This document shows, one piece after another, positions 1-10,269 of a DNA stretch of 64,000 nucleotides. Position numbers and translations under genes: made by a program. The DNA is from an uncultured Spirochaetota bacterium. Lineage in GTDB: Bacteria; Spirochaetota; Spirochaetia; SZUA-6; Fen-1364. How positions within the stretch are numbered: the stretch's first letter is position 1; every line of letters starts with the position of its first letter. The notes beneath the pieces were generated by a model. It saw only the letters and a list, made by a program, of their open reading frames with translations, ran no database searches and had not been told where the DNA came from. The stretch spans positions 270,168 through 334,167 of the forward strand of contig CAWAHW010000005.1 of NCBI GenBank assembly GCA_963781885.1. Reading direction: 5' to 3'.

Positions 1-608
1 CGCGCACCGTCATCGAGAACCTCAAGGCGGTGGGCGGGGCTTTGGGCATGTTCGGCCTCCCCAATATCGCGGCCACCCCAGGAGCCCACCGCTGGACCAT
101 GCTCGCCATCCTGTATGGCCTTGTGCTCCTTGTGGGATTCCTCATCCACAGGTTTGACAACTCGCGGCTGGGAAGGGCTGCCTCCGCCGTATTTGTCGAC
201 AAGGAGCTCGCCGCCTCGCTCGGAGTGGACATCAAAAAGCTCGGCATGCTCCTGCAGACGTTCAGCTGCACCATCGCGGGCGGCATCGGCGTGTTGTACG
301 GTTTCATCTACAAGAGCCTGTACCTGACCTTCTTCGATTTCTCGCTGGTCGGCATCGCAATGACCGTCATCTTCGTGGGGGGATACGCGACGCAGTGGGG
401 CGCGCTGGTGGTCGCTCCCATCCTCTACGGCGTCCCGCTTCTCTTCCCGCCTGCCATCCAGTCCTGGCGCATCGTCATCTACGGGGCGCTTCTCATCCTT
501 GTCCTGGTGCTCAAACCGGAGGGCTTCCTCACGCGACGATTCGTTTATACTCTAGGCAGCTTTCTTTCGGGACACCGAAAGAAAAATCATAGACAGGAGG
601 ACATATGA
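1..608 (+). CDS. Branched-chain amino acid ABC transporter permease (LivM-like), 5' truncated by window
   Basis: Hydrophobic ORF with SRLGRA..AASLGVD and C-terminal PEG motifs typical of LivM. Confidence 0.8.
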   Translation, partial: RTVIENLKAVGGALGMFGLPNIAATPGAHRWTMLAILYGLVLLVGFLIHRFDNSRLGRAASAVFVDKELAASLGVDIKKLGMLLQTFSCTIAGGIGVLYGFIYKSLYLTFFDFSLVGIAMTVIFVGGYATQWGALVVAPILYGVPLLFPPAIQSWRIVIYGALLILVLVLKPEGFLTRRFVYTLGSFLSGHRKKNHRQEDI

Positions 609-1762
609 AGAAAGCACTTGGGCTGATTCTTGTGGCGCTTTTCCTGGCCTCGGGGCTCGGCTTCGGCCAGACGGTCGTCGCCAAGGAATGGGACATTCCT
701 TTCCTGAACTGCCTCACCGGCCCCATCGCCGCCTACGGCGAGCTCTTCCAGTGGAGCGCCGAACGCGCCGCATCGGAGATCAACGCGGCCGGCGGCATCA
801 AGGGCAAGCTCGTGAAGATCGTCGGCGTCGACACCGGCTCCGACCCGCAGAAGGGTGCCGCGGACATGGCGTTCCTGGTGAACAGCACCCTCGTGGCCCT
901 GGGCCCGGTTCCCGAGCCGGTCATCCTCGCCTCCATGCCCATCGCGGTGGAGGCCAAAATGGTCTCGATGACGGTGAGCACCTCGTACGAGTACGCCGCC
1001 AAGTTCTTCCCATGGACGGTGTCCTTCCTTCCGCCGACGGAGCAGCGACTTGCCCCGCTCGTCGCGGCCTGGGCGAAGAAGTTCCCCTCCATGAAGAAGG
1101 TCGTCCAGATCATGACCAACTACGGCCCCTGGCCCGGAATGGTCGATGCGCATGCGAAGGGGCTCACGTCCCTGGGCATCACGATGCTGCAGAACGTCGA
1201 GGTCCCGCAGGACGCGGTGACTTTCGGCCCGCTCGTCGTGAAGGCCCTGGACCAGAAGCCTGACGGCATCGTCATCTCCACATTCCCCGACAAGACGGCC
1301 AAGATCATCCAGGAGCTGAAGAGCCGCGGCTGGACAAACATGAACCAGGTCCTGATATTCTCCAGCGGCGACGGTCCGGACCTCTACTCGACGGGAGGCA
1401 AGGATCTCAACGGCGTGTACATCTACAACTACCTCAACCCCGACTTCTCAAGCCCGCGCTGGGACGCGATGAAGGCCGCCTACAGCAAGGATCACAACGG
1501 CACCGAGGCGCCGAGCCTCCTCACCAACTACTACGACGCTGTTTTCATGATCAAGGAAGCCATTGAGAAGACCGCTGTCACGGGGGATCCCTCGAAGCTC
1601 GCCGCCGAGCGCAAGATGATCTCCGACTACATCGCCAACGTGAAGGGCTTCCAGGGCGTCATGGGCGCCTGGGACATGGTCAACGGCGTTGCGATGAACA
1701 AGCCCAACTATATCTTCATGATCCAGGATGGGAAGAAGGTCAACGCGACCGTGGTGCGCTGA
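605..1762 (+). CDS. ABC transporter substrate-binding protein (LivJ/K type)
   Basis: Signal peptide; LTGPIAAYG and EINAAGGIKG motifs; AGGAGG RBS. Confidence 0.85.
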   Translation: MKKALGLILVALFLASGLGFGQTVVAKEWDIPFLNCLTGPIAAYGELFQWSAERAASEINAAGGIKGKLVKIVGVDTGSDPQKGAADMAFLVNSTLVALGPVPEPVILASMPIAVEAKMVSMTVSTSYEYAAKFFPWTVSFLPPTEQRLAPLVAAWAKKFPSMKKVVQIMTNYGPWPGMVDAHAKGLTSLGITMLQNVEVPQDAVTFGPLVVKALDQKPDGIVISTFPDKTAKIIQELKSRGWTNMNQVLIFSSGDGPDLYSTGGKDLNGVYIYNYLNPDFSSPRWDAMKAAYSKDHNGTEAPSLLTNYYDAVFMIKEAIEKTAVTGDPSKLAAERKMISDYIANVKGFQGVMGAWDMVNGVAMNKPNYIFMIQDGKKVNATVVR

Positions 1763-1795
1763 GGCGCAGCGCGGGCAATCCGCGCAAATGGAAAA

Positions 1796-1822
1796 AAAGG
1801 GGCTCCCCCGGGGGCCCCTTTC
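1796..1822. terminator. Probable bidirectional intrinsic terminator
   Basis: AAAGGGGCTCCC/GGGGCCCCTTT hairpin between convergent genes. Confidence 0.65.
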
Positions 1823-2790
1823 TATTTCACGCTCATGTCCCGAAAGGAGGGCACGCCGCGCAGCTTCTCCGCCGAGCGCACGGCATTCACCACCGCCTGC
1901 GCCGTTACCTCGGCAGCGAGTGCCCCCACGCGGTTTGGATCCGCTTGCTGCTGCCCCGCGCCCATGCAGAAAATGACATCCCCGTCCCCCAGCGTATGCA
2001 CGGGATTTATTGTCCGCGCCAGACCATCCTGCGCCATGATTGCGATGCGCGTCGCGGTGGCCTTCGTCAGCAGCGCGTTTGTGGCCACGACGCCGATGGT
2101 CGTGTTGGTGGGAAAGCCTTCCTTGTAAAGGCCGTCGGCCGATCTGAGCAGGCTCATTGCGCCGGCGATTCTGCTCCTGTCTGCGGTGAGTGTGCCTGCC
2201 AGAAGCACCCCGGTCGCGGGGTCCGAGACGTCACCGTTGCAGTTCACGACGACCAGCGCGCCAACGACGAGGCTGCCCACCTGCACGCTCGCCGTGCCCA
2301 GACCGCCTTTCATCATGCCCTTGATATTCCCGACAAGCCTTCCGATGGCGGCCCCCGTGCCTGCCCCGACATTTCCCTGGCGTTTTTCGTGCGCGGAAGC
2401 GTTGTCGCACGCGGCGTAGCCCATCGCAGCGTCAGGCCGCGCTTTTCCTTCCGTGAAGCCCAGATCGTTGAGGACCGCGCCCGGAACGATCGGGACGAGC
2501 GCCACACCGACGTCGAAGCCGATCCTGCGTTCCTCCAGGAACCGCATGATCCCTCCGCCGCAGTCAAGGCCGTATGCGCTTCCCCCGGCAAGAAAGACCG
2601 CGTGTGCGACCGGAATGACATTCTCCGGGCGCAGCGCATCGGTCTCGCGCGTGCCCGGCGCGCCGCCGGATGCGCTCACACCCGTCACCGCGCCCGCGCG
2701 GCAGATAATGACCGTGCAGCCGGTGCCCCCCTCCAGGTCCTGGGCGTGACCGACCTCGATGCCGGCGACGTCCGTGATGGAACCGCTCAT
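1822..2790 (-). CDS. P1/DmpA-like (S58) peptidase
   Basis: ITDVAGIEVGH, GGAPGTRETD, GNVGAGTGA, NTTIGVVATNA motifs; start taken at MSGSITD. Confidence 0.85.
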   Translation of the reverse strand: MSGSITDVAGIEVGHAQDLEGGTGCTVIICRAGAVTGVSASGGAPGTRETDALRPENVIPVAHAVFLAGGSAYGLDCGGGIMRFLEERRIGFDVGVALVPIVPGAVLNDLGFTEGKARPDAAMGYAACDNASAHEKRQGNVGAGTGAAIGRLVGNIKGMMKGGLGTASVQVGSLVVGALVVVNCNGDVSDPATGVLLAGTLTADRSRIAGAMSLLRSADGLYKEGFPTNTTIGVVATNALLTKATATRIAIMAQDGLARTINPVHTLGDGDVIFCMGAGQQQADPNRVGALAAEVTAQAVVNAVRSAEKLRGVPSFRDMSVK

Positions 2791-2991
2791 GTGTCTGCCT
2801 CTCACGTGCTGAATTGATCCCCGAGCGGGAACGCCCACAAAGAGATGCCGCGGGGCGCAGATCGACATTGAACCCGGCGTGACGCCTTGTCAACGCGGCC
2901 ACGGCGTCCCGTGGCTGCGCAAAATGACTCCGCTTGCACCGGCGCGCCAATTGCGTTAATCTCAGTGACACCCCTGTGAGGAGCATGCAAC

Positions 2992-3846
2992 ATGAGCGAC
3001 ATCAAGAAGATCATGATCCCTGACCTGCTGGCGATGAAGAAAAGCGGAAAGAAAATTTCGATGATCACAGCGTACACGTTCCCGCAGGCGCAGTGCGTGG
3101 ACGAGGCGGGCATCGACATCATCCTGGTGGGAGACAGCCTCGGCATGGTCGAGCTGGGTTACAAGGACACCGTGCCCGTGACGATGGACGAGATGCTGAG
3201 CCATACGCGCGCGGTCATGCGCGGTGTGACGCGCAGCCACGTGGTGGGCGACATGCCCTTCATGTCGTACAACATCAGCCGCGAGCAGGCGGTGACGAAT
3301 GCCGGCATCCTGTACAAGGACGGCGGATGCGACTCGGTGAAGCTGGAGGGCGGCCAGGAGATGGCGCCCATGGTGAAGGCGATCGTCACGGCAGGCATCC
3401 CGGTTTTCGGCCATATCGGCCTGACCCCGCAGACGGCGAACATGCTCGGCGGCTTCAAGGTGCAGGGCAAGTCGCTGGACGCCGCGCGCAAGGTGGTGGA
3501 TGACGCGCTGGCCCTCGAAGAGGCGGGCGTCTTTGCCATCGTCCTGGAAGCCATTCCGCGGCAGCTCGCCGCGATCATCACGGAAAAGCTTTCCGTGCCG
3601 ACAATCGGGATCGGCGGCGGCCTGTCGTGCGACGGGCAGGTGCTCGTGCTCCACGACCTCGTGGGGCTCTTCCGCAGATTCACGCCAAAGTTCGTGAAGG
3701 TGTATGCCGACATCTATGCCGTCCAGCTCCAGGCGGTGAAGGCGTATGTTTCCGACGTGCAGGAAAAGAAATTCCCGGCGGAGGAACACACGTACACGAT
3801 GAAGGATGAAGCGGTGGCCGAGCTCCGCAAGGCCCTGCACATGTAG
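2992..3846 (+). CDS. panB: 3-methyl-2-oxobutanoate hydroxymethyltransferase
   Basis: ILVGDSLGM, VKLEGG, HIGLTPQ, DGQVLV motifs. Confidence 0.95.
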   Translation: MSDIKKIMIPDLLAMKKSGKKISMITAYTFPQAQCVDEAGIDIILVGDSLGMVELGYKDTVPVTMDEMLSHTRAVMRGVTRSHVVGDMPFMSYNISREQAVTNAGILYKDGGCDSVKLEGGQEMAPMVKAIVTAGIPVFGHIGLTPQTANMLGGFKVQGKSLDAARKVVDDALALEEAGVFAIVLEAIPRQLAAIITEKLSVPTIGIGGGLSCDGQVLVLHDLVGLFRRFTPKFVKVYADIYAVQLQAVKAYVSDVQEKKFPAEEHTYTMKDEAVAELRKALHM

Positions 3847-3857
3847 GGGACGCGGCC

Positions 3858-4802
3858 GTGATAGAAGCCCTCGGTCTGTCGAAACGGTACGGCACGCTGG
3901 AAGCAGTCCGCGACGTCTCGTTCACTGTCGGCGCGGGAGAGATACTCGGCCTGCTCGGACCCAACGGGGCGGGCAAGACCACGATCATGAAGATCCTCAC
4001 CTGCGGGCTTTTCCCCACGGCCGGGACCGCCCGGGTGGGCGGCAACGACGTGCTGACGGCGCCGCTGGCAGTCAAGGAATCCATCGGCTATCTGCCGGAG
4101 AATGCCCCGCTGTATCCCGACCTCACGGTCCGTGAATACCTTCGATTCATCGGTGACGCCCGCGGTCTCCGCCGCGCGGAATGGCTGCGTGCCCTGGAGC
4201 GGGTCGTCGGCGCGTGCGCTCTTTCCGACGTGATCGACCGGCCGATCGGCGAGCTGTCCAAGGGATACCGGCAGCGCACGGGGCTTGCGCAGGCGCTCCT
4301 GCACGATCCGCGCATCCTCATCCTCGACGAGCCTACGACAGGGCTGGATCCCAGCCAGATCGTGGAGATACGCGAGCTCATCCGCAAGCTGGGAACGGAA
4401 AGGACCGTCATGCTCTCCTCCCACATCCTCCAGGAGGTCGAGGCCACCTGCCATCGCGTCCTCATCCTGTCCGCGGGGAGGGTCGTCGCGCAGGGGACAA
4501 AGGAGGAGATGGAGCGGGGCATGCGCGGGGAGACCCTTCTGGACCTCACCCTGCGCGCGCCTTCCGCGCTGGACACCGCGCCGCTTGCGAAGGTGCACGG
4601 CGTGCGGCGCATCGTCTCGGAGTCGGCCGGCCCGGAAGGCAGGCGGGAGCTGCGCCTGGCGCTCGCACCCGACGCGGGCGCGGAGGAGGCCGTATTCGAT
4701 TGGGTCGCGTCGCAGGGGGCGAAGATCGTCGCCATGGTGCCGCAGCGCATCAGCCTGGAGGACATCTTCCTTTCGCTCACGGAAAGGCAGCAGGAGACAT
4801 GA
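3858..4802 (+). CDS. ABC transporter ATP-binding protein (GldA-like)
   Basis: Walker A GPNGAGKTT, LSKGYRQR signature, LILDEPT. Confidence 0.9.
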   Translation: MIEALGLSKRYGTLEAVRDVSFTVGAGEILGLLGPNGAGKTTIMKILTCGLFPTAGTARVGGNDVLTAPLAVKESIGYLPENAPLYPDLTVREYLRFIGDARGLRRAEWLRALERVVGACALSDVIDRPIGELSKGYRQRTGLAQALLHDPRILILDEPTTGLDPSQIVEIRELIRKLGTERTVMLSSHILQEVEATCHRVLILSAGRVVAQGTKEEMERGMRGETLLDLTLRAPSALDTAPLAKVHGVRRIVSESAGPEGRRELRLALAPDAGAEEAVFDWVASQGAKIVAMVPQRISLEDIFLSLTERQQET

Positions 4803-5518
4803 AGACCATGACCATTGCGCGCCGCGAGCTGCAGGCGGCGTTCAATTCCCCCGTCGCCTACATCGTCGCGGTTGCCTACCTCGTCTTCACGACCGTGTGG
4901 GTCTTTTTCCTCAACAGTTTCTTCGCCCAGAACGAGGCGTCGCTCCGCGTCTACTTCACCATCGTGCCCACCGTGTTCATCTTCCTCGTTCCCGCCCTCA
5001 CGATGCGCTCGTGGGCCGAGGAAAGGAGAATGGGGACGCTGGAGGTCCTTCTTTCACTCCCGTTCCGCGAAGGGGAGGTGGTGCTGGGAAAGTTCGTCGG
5101 CATCTTCGGGCTGCTCTTCCTCGTGGTCGTCCTGTCGCTTCCCCTGCCTCTCTCCCTCTCCCGTCTGGGGCTTTTCGACTGGGGACAGATCGCCGGGCAG
5201 TACATCGGGGTGCTCCTGATCGGCGCCGCCGGCATCTCCGTGGGGCTTTTCATCTCGGCGTTGTCGACCAACCAGGTCGCCGCGTTCATCCTCACTGGTC
5301 TTGCACTCGTTGCGCTCACTCTTGCCGGCCAGCTTCAACAATTGGTCGGCATGCCGGACTGGCTTTCCGCCGCCCTGGGCTACGTTTCCTTCGGGCATCA
5401 CTTCGACAGCTTCAACCGCGGCATCATTGACAGCCGCGACCTGCTCTATTTCCTGCTCGCCATCGCGCTCTTCCTCTTTCTGAACGTGCGGGTATTGGTG
5501 GTGAGGAAGTCGTCATGA
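4799..5518 (+). CDS. ABC-2 permease (GldF-like)
   Basis: IARREL..FNSPVAY and EERRMGTLEVL motifs; ATGA overlap with upstream gene. Confidence 0.85.
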   Translation: MKTMTIARRELQAAFNSPVAYIVAVAYLVFTTVWVFFLNSFFAQNEASLRVYFTIVPTVFIFLVPALTMRSWAEERRMGTLEVLLSLPFREGEVVLGKFVGIFGLLFLVVVLSLPLPLSLSRLGLFDWGQIAGQYIGVLLIGAAGISVGLFISALSTNQVAAFILTGLALVALTLAGQLQQLVGMPDWLSAALGYVSFGHHFDSFNRGIIDSRDLLYFLLAIALFLFLNVRVLVVRKSS

Positions 5519-7146
5519 GGGCGCGGGCAACCGGACACCAGCCGCGGAGCCCCGTCAAAACGCGCGAGCTTCAGCGCCGCGTGATTGCGCTGCTCGTCGT
5601 GCTCGACATGCTGCTCGCGTTCCTGGTGAGCGCGCGCTTCTTTTTCCGCGCGGACCTGAGCCGCAATGGGATCTACACGCTTTCCGCCGCCACGCGTTCC
5701 ATGGCTGCGGGCCTGCCGGAGCCTCTTTCCATCACCTATTACGTCTCCGACACGCTGCGCAGCCGCTCGCTTTTCCCCTCTCAGATCCAGGACCTGCTGG
5801 ACGAATATGCCACGTGGTCGCGCGGCCGCATCAGCGTGCGCGCGGTGGACCCCCTGAAGTCCGGGCAGCCCGGCAACGTGGAATCGCTCGGGGTGCAGGC
5901 GCGGCAGATGCAGGTCGTGGAACGCGACCAGGTCAACGTTGCCACGGTCTACAGCGGCATCGTGCTGCGCTACCTCGACAGGGTCGCGGCGCTGCCATTC
6001 GTGTCCGATCTCTCCACGCTCGAATACGACCTTTCCTCGCAGATCCGCGCGCTCGTTTCCGCCCGCACGCGGACGATCGGCGTCCTGCTGGGAGACGCGC
6101 GCAGGAGCCTCGGCCAGGATTACCGCTACCTCCAGCAGGAGCTGGGCTTCCAGTTCAAGGTACAGGAGGTGGAGCGCGGCAACGCGATCCCCGCGGAGGT
6201 GGGTGTGCTCTTCGTGATCGGCACCCATGATATGGACGACGCGGCAACCTTTGCCGTGGACCAGTTCATCATGCGCGGGGGCAAGGTGCTTTTCGCGGTG
6301 GACCCCGTGGACGTCGATCTTGCGGCGGGCCTCGCGGCTAGGGTAAACAAGAATACGGCGGTCGAAGACTCTCTCGGCGTTTACGGCGCCCGCGTCACCC
6401 CTGAGATCGTCCTGGACACGCTCGACCAGCGCATCTCTTTCAGCATCCAGCAGGGCAGGTACATGATCGTGCCCTATCCCGCGTGGATCGCCGTTGCGGC
6501 GCGCAACGCGGATGCCACCCACCCCATCACCGCGCGCTTCGGCGGGCTGGACCTGTACTGGGCGGCGCCCGTGACGCCGATCGAGCGCCAGGGCGTGACG
6601 GCGGAGGTGCTTGCGCGGACGTCGCCGAACGCCTGGACGATGAAGGAGCCTTTTGAAACCAACCCGATGATCATGCAGACCATGAAGGGGCCGACGGAGG
6701 GATCCCCTTCCCAGATCGATGTCGCGCTGGCGCTCACGGGCACATTCCGAAGCGGCTATGCCGGCCGCCCGGTGCCGGCCCGGCCCGGCGACACGGCGTC
6801 GCCCCCTGCCGCAACGCAAAGCCCGCCGACACGCATCATCGTGGTGGGCGACGCCGCCTTTGCCTCGGACATCGCCCAGTATACGCAGGCGAGCTACAAC
6901 ATGACCTTCCTCTCCAATTGCGCCGAATGGCTTTCGCAGGAGGACGACCTGCTGGCGATCAAGACGCGCGCGCAGACCGACACGCGTCTGGACAGGCTTC
7001 CCGATCCGGCGGCAAAGGCCGCGGCGATGCAGACAAGCATCGCGCTGAACGTTGCAATCGTGCCGCTTCTGGTCATCCTGGCGGGGGTGATCCGGCTCCT
7101 GCGGAGAAGGGGGCGAAAGCATGAGTCGCCGGGAGAATCGGCATGA
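5515..7146 (+). CDS. GldG-family ABC auxiliary protein
   Basis: DLSRNGIYTLS..T, LEYDL, FIMRGGK, C-terminal TM helix. Confidence 0.8.
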   Translation: MRARATGHQPRSPVKTRELQRRVIALLVVLDMLLAFLVSARFFFRADLSRNGIYTLSAATRSMAAGLPEPLSITYYVSDTLRSRSLFPSQIQDLLDEYATWSRGRISVRAVDPLKSGQPGNVESLGVQARQMQVVERDQVNVATVYSGIVLRYLDRVAALPFVSDLSTLEYDLSSQIRALVSARTRTIGVLLGDARRSLGQDYRYLQQELGFQFKVQEVERGNAIPAEVGVLFVIGTHDMDDAATFAVDQFIMRGGKVLFAVDPVDVDLAAGLAARVNKNTAVEDSLGVYGARVTPEIVLDTLDQRISFSIQQGRYMIVPYPAWIAVAARNADATHPITARFGGLDLYWAAPVTPIERQGVTAEVLARTSPNAWTMKEPFETNPMIMQTMKGPTEGSPSQIDVALALTGTFRSGYAGRPVPARPGDTASPPAATQSPPTRIIVVGDAAFASDIAQYTQASYNMTFLSNCAEWLSQEDDLLAIKTRAQTDTRLDRLPDPAAKAAAMQTSIALNVAIVPLLVILAGVIRLLRRRGRKHESPGESA

Positions 7147-8127
7147 GCTTCCGCACCTCTGTCACCGCCCTTGCGGCGGTATTCATCGTCCTGCTTGCTG
7201 CGTTGATCATGGGCGCAGTTTTTACACCGGAGTCCACGTCGAAAAGGGCGGCTGACGCGGCCCTCTTTCCGGGGCTGCATCCGTCGCTCGTCAGACAGAT
7301 CGAGATCAGTGACGCAACGACCCGGCTGCTCGTCACAAAGGCGGCCGGCCAGGATGCCGCCGGGCAATGGCTGGACACTGGACATCGCGGGCGTTCCGTT
7401 TCCCGCCTCGCTGGCACGGGCAGACGGCTTTGTGACTAACATGGCAGCGTTGACGCGCGGCACCCTGGTGACCCGGGATGCCTCCTCCACGGCCTCGCTG
7501 GGCCTGGGAACCGGCTCGGGAAAGCGGGTCATCCTCCATGGCGCAGGCGGCGACGTGCTTGCCGAGCTCCGTGTGGGAAATGCGGCGACAGGCTCGCAGG
7601 GCATGTACGTTCAGCCAGCGGGCCGGGCAGAGGTCTACCTGACGGCAGCATCGCTTTCTTCGGCGCTGACGACGGACCGCACCTATTGGGCCGAGATGCG
7701 GATACTGCCGCAGGCCGTCACGGGAGATTCCATAATCCGGCTTTCGGTCACGCAGAAGAAGGCTTTTGCCTGGACCGCTACGCGGGAGCCGAATGCGCAG
7801 AACGTGAATGTCTGGGTGATCGAAGGGAGGACGGGCCTCAAGATCCGGCAGGACAAGCTCAACTCGATCGCTTCATCGGTTGCCGGCATCTCAGGAGGCG
7901 ACTTTCTTCTGAACCGGCAGCTTGCGCCGGACGCGTCGACCGCGCAGGCGGTCATCGAGGTCACGGGAAGCGACAACAGGTCATACACGCTGCTCTTCGG
8001 CGCCCGGCAGGCGGACGCGCGCTATCCCTGCGTTCTGGTGGGCAGCACGGTATCCTGGCTCGTGCCGGAATGGCGTTTTCAGGAAATCATCACGAGCGAA
8101 AAGGCGTTTACGACAGGCTCCCCGTAA
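7143..8127 (+). pseudogene. DUF4340-like membrane-anchored protein, split by a frameshift near 7360 (possible sequencing error)
   Basis: Overlapping ORFs 7143-7439 and 7309-8127 join at a G run; usual position after gldG-like genes. Confidence 0.6.
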
Positions 8128-9349
8128 GGGAGGTGCGGAATCGGGAGGCGTCGGCGCGGAAGCCGATGACCTGGTTGCCGCCTTCACGCGACGCCTTGGC
8201 GACCGCGATGTCGGCCTCTTCGCGCAGGACGTTCTCTTCGATCAGTCTTCCGCCGCGCGAGCTCACCCCGATGGAGACGGTTCGCCGCATCCCCTCTATT
8301 TCAGTCTCCGCGGTCTTCTTGCGGAACTCCTCCAGCACGCGTACGGCAGCGTCCACCTCGGAGTCCGGGAGAACGACGGTGTAGCCGTCATTGCCAGCCT
8401 CGAAGATGAGGTCATGGAGCGGGAAAGACTGCTTCAAGAGGCGCGCGATCTCCGCGGTCACCAGGGGAAGGCGCTGGTCGATGTAGGGCTCATCGATGCG
8501 GATGCGCGCCACGGAGATGTCCTGGGCCGACGAGGAGGCGCGCTCCAGCTCGGCGCTCAGCCGCGGCTCGAGGAACTCCGCCCAGACCAGCCCCGTGCGG
8601 GGGGATGTGAGTCCCTGCGCTTTGGGCTCGGATGCTTCCTCGACGGCAACCGGCTGCGGACGTCGCAGTGCCGGTTCCACAGGTGCCGGCGAGGGCGTTT
8701 CTTCACGCCGCGGCGCAGCCTGCTGCGGCACGGGCGAGGAGGGGCGCGCGGCGGCGGCCTCAGGCCGTGCCTGTCGGGGGGCGCGGGCGGAGGAATCGTC
8801 AGTCTGGACGCTCATGAATATGAGGATGACGACGCCGCAGACCAGGAGGAATGCAAGGAAAAGGTACAGGTCGTCGCGGACCACCGGATACAGGTCCTCA
8901 CGGCCCATGACGACGAAAAGTGCATCCAGCGTCAGTCCCGCCGCTTCTCCGGGGAGTGGCTCGCTTGCGAGGAAATCGTAGCCGCGGCTCATGTCGTAGG
9001 CGGGTGTGCCCCGCCATTCGGGTGTGGGCTCGGCGGGAACTTTCAGATAGGACCTGCTCCGCGAGACGACGTAAAGCAGACCGTCGGTGGGGGAATGCAC
9101 GGAGAGGAGCAGGAGCCGCGGCTCGGCGTCGAACACGTCCTTCATGTTCCTGGCGAACTCGGGGGTGCCGAAGCCGCCGGTGGAATCCCGCAGGGAAACG
9201 GCCTTTGCGACAAGGGCAGGGACCCGCTCCCGGGCGAGCTCGGCATTGTGCCGCCGCGACTCCTCGATCCGGAAACCCGTGAGCCCGACGATGAAGAGGA
9301 AGAAGACGCCGCTCACGATGAGGAAGATCCAAGAAAAGCGCTTATCCAT
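8108..9349 (-). CDS. Membrane protein with degenerate C-terminal GGDEF-like domain
   Basis: Two TM segments; TGL, TVSIGVS, AD..V..A...GGNQV; no GGDEF motif. Confidence 0.7.
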   Translation of the reverse strand: MDKRFSWIFLIVSGVFFLFIVGLTGFRIEESRRHNAELARERVPALVAKAVSLRDSTGGFGTPEFARNMKDVFDAEPRLLLLSVHSPTDGLLYVVSRSRSYLKVPAEPTPEWRGTPAYDMSRGYDFLASEPLPGEAAGLTLDALFVVMGREDLYPVVRDDLYLFLAFLLVCGVVILIFMSVQTDDSSARAPRQARPEAAAARPSSPVPQQAAPRREETPSPAPVEPALRRPQPVAVEEASEPKAQGLTSPRTGLVWAEFLEPRLSAELERASSSAQDISVARIRIDEPYIDQRLPLVTAEIARLLKQSFPLHDLIFEAGNDGYTVVLPDSEVDAAVRVLEEFRKKTAETEIEGMRRTVSIGVSSRGGRLIEENVLREEADIAVAKASREGGNQVIGFRADASRFRTSLTGSLS

Positions 9350-9441
9350 GCTGCTCTCCCCACGCTGTCGGGAGTATACTCTCTTTCACCCCTCCCGGGG
9401 AGGTCGGGGGAAGAGAAGACGAGACGGAACCGGAGGTCAGG

Positions 9442-10269
9442 ATGAGGGTGCGCAGACGTTGCCTTCCCCCGGGGTGGTATCCAGACACCGCGGAGCAGAC
9501 CCGGCAGGCCATCGACGAGCTGGCGGAAAAGCTCCCGGCGGATGGCGCGACCGGTGTCGCCGGTGTGGCGCCGCACGCGGGTTGGGAGTTCTCCGGCGGC
9601 ATTGCGCTGGAGGTTCTGTCACGAATTGCTCGCGGCATGGACACTATTGTCATTATCGGCGGGCACCTCGGTCCGGCTGACGGAATCCTTTGCGCCTTCG
9701 AGGACTCCTTTGAGACGCCCCTCGGTCCGCTTGCGGCCGATCGGGAGCTGCTGGACGCCCTGGGCCGCGCGGTGAAGCTTTTTGAGGACAGGCACCAGGA
9801 CAACACGGTGGAGATACAGCTTCCTTTCATCCGGTACCTTGCCCCCGGCGCGCGTGTTCTGGGCATGCGGGCGCCGCCCTCACCGGAGGCGGAAACGCTG
9901 GGAGCGGCGATAGCCGAAGCCGCGGGGGGTCTTGGCCGCAAGGTCGCCGTGATGGGGTCAACCGACCTCACCCACTACGGGCCCAATTACGGGTTTGCTC
10001 CCGCAGGCTCCGGGCAGACCGGTCTTCGCTGGGTGAAGGACGTCAATGACAAGAGGATCATCGATTGCCTGCTGGCGCTCGACACAGGCCTCGCGCTGGA
10101 ACGCGCGCTGCGGGAAAGATCGGCCTGTTCCGTCGGGGGGGCACTGGCGGCAATGGGTTTTGCCCGGTCGCGCGGGGTCCGTCACGGAACGCTCTTGAGC
10201 TACGCAACGAGTCAGGACATTCACCCGGAAGAATCCTTCGTGGGATACGCCGGCGTGCTCTATTCCTGA
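9442..10269 (+). CDS. amrB: AmmeMemoRadiSam protein B (MEMO1 family)
   Basis: GWYP, PHAGWEFSG, STDLTHYG, VGYAG motifs. Confidence 0.85.
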   Translation: MRVRRRCLPPGWYPDTAEQTRQAIDELAEKLPADGATGVAGVAPHAGWEFSGGIALEVLSRIARGMDTIVIIGGHLGPADGILCAFEDSFETPLGPLAADRELLDALGRAVKLFEDRHQDNTVEIQLPFIRYLAPGARVLGMRAPPSPEAETLGAAIAEAAGGLGRKVAVMGSTDLTHYGPNYGFAPAGSGQTGLRWVKDVNDKRIIDCLLALDTGLALERALRERSACSVGGALAAMGFARSRGVRHGTLLSYATSQDIHPEESFVGYAGVLYS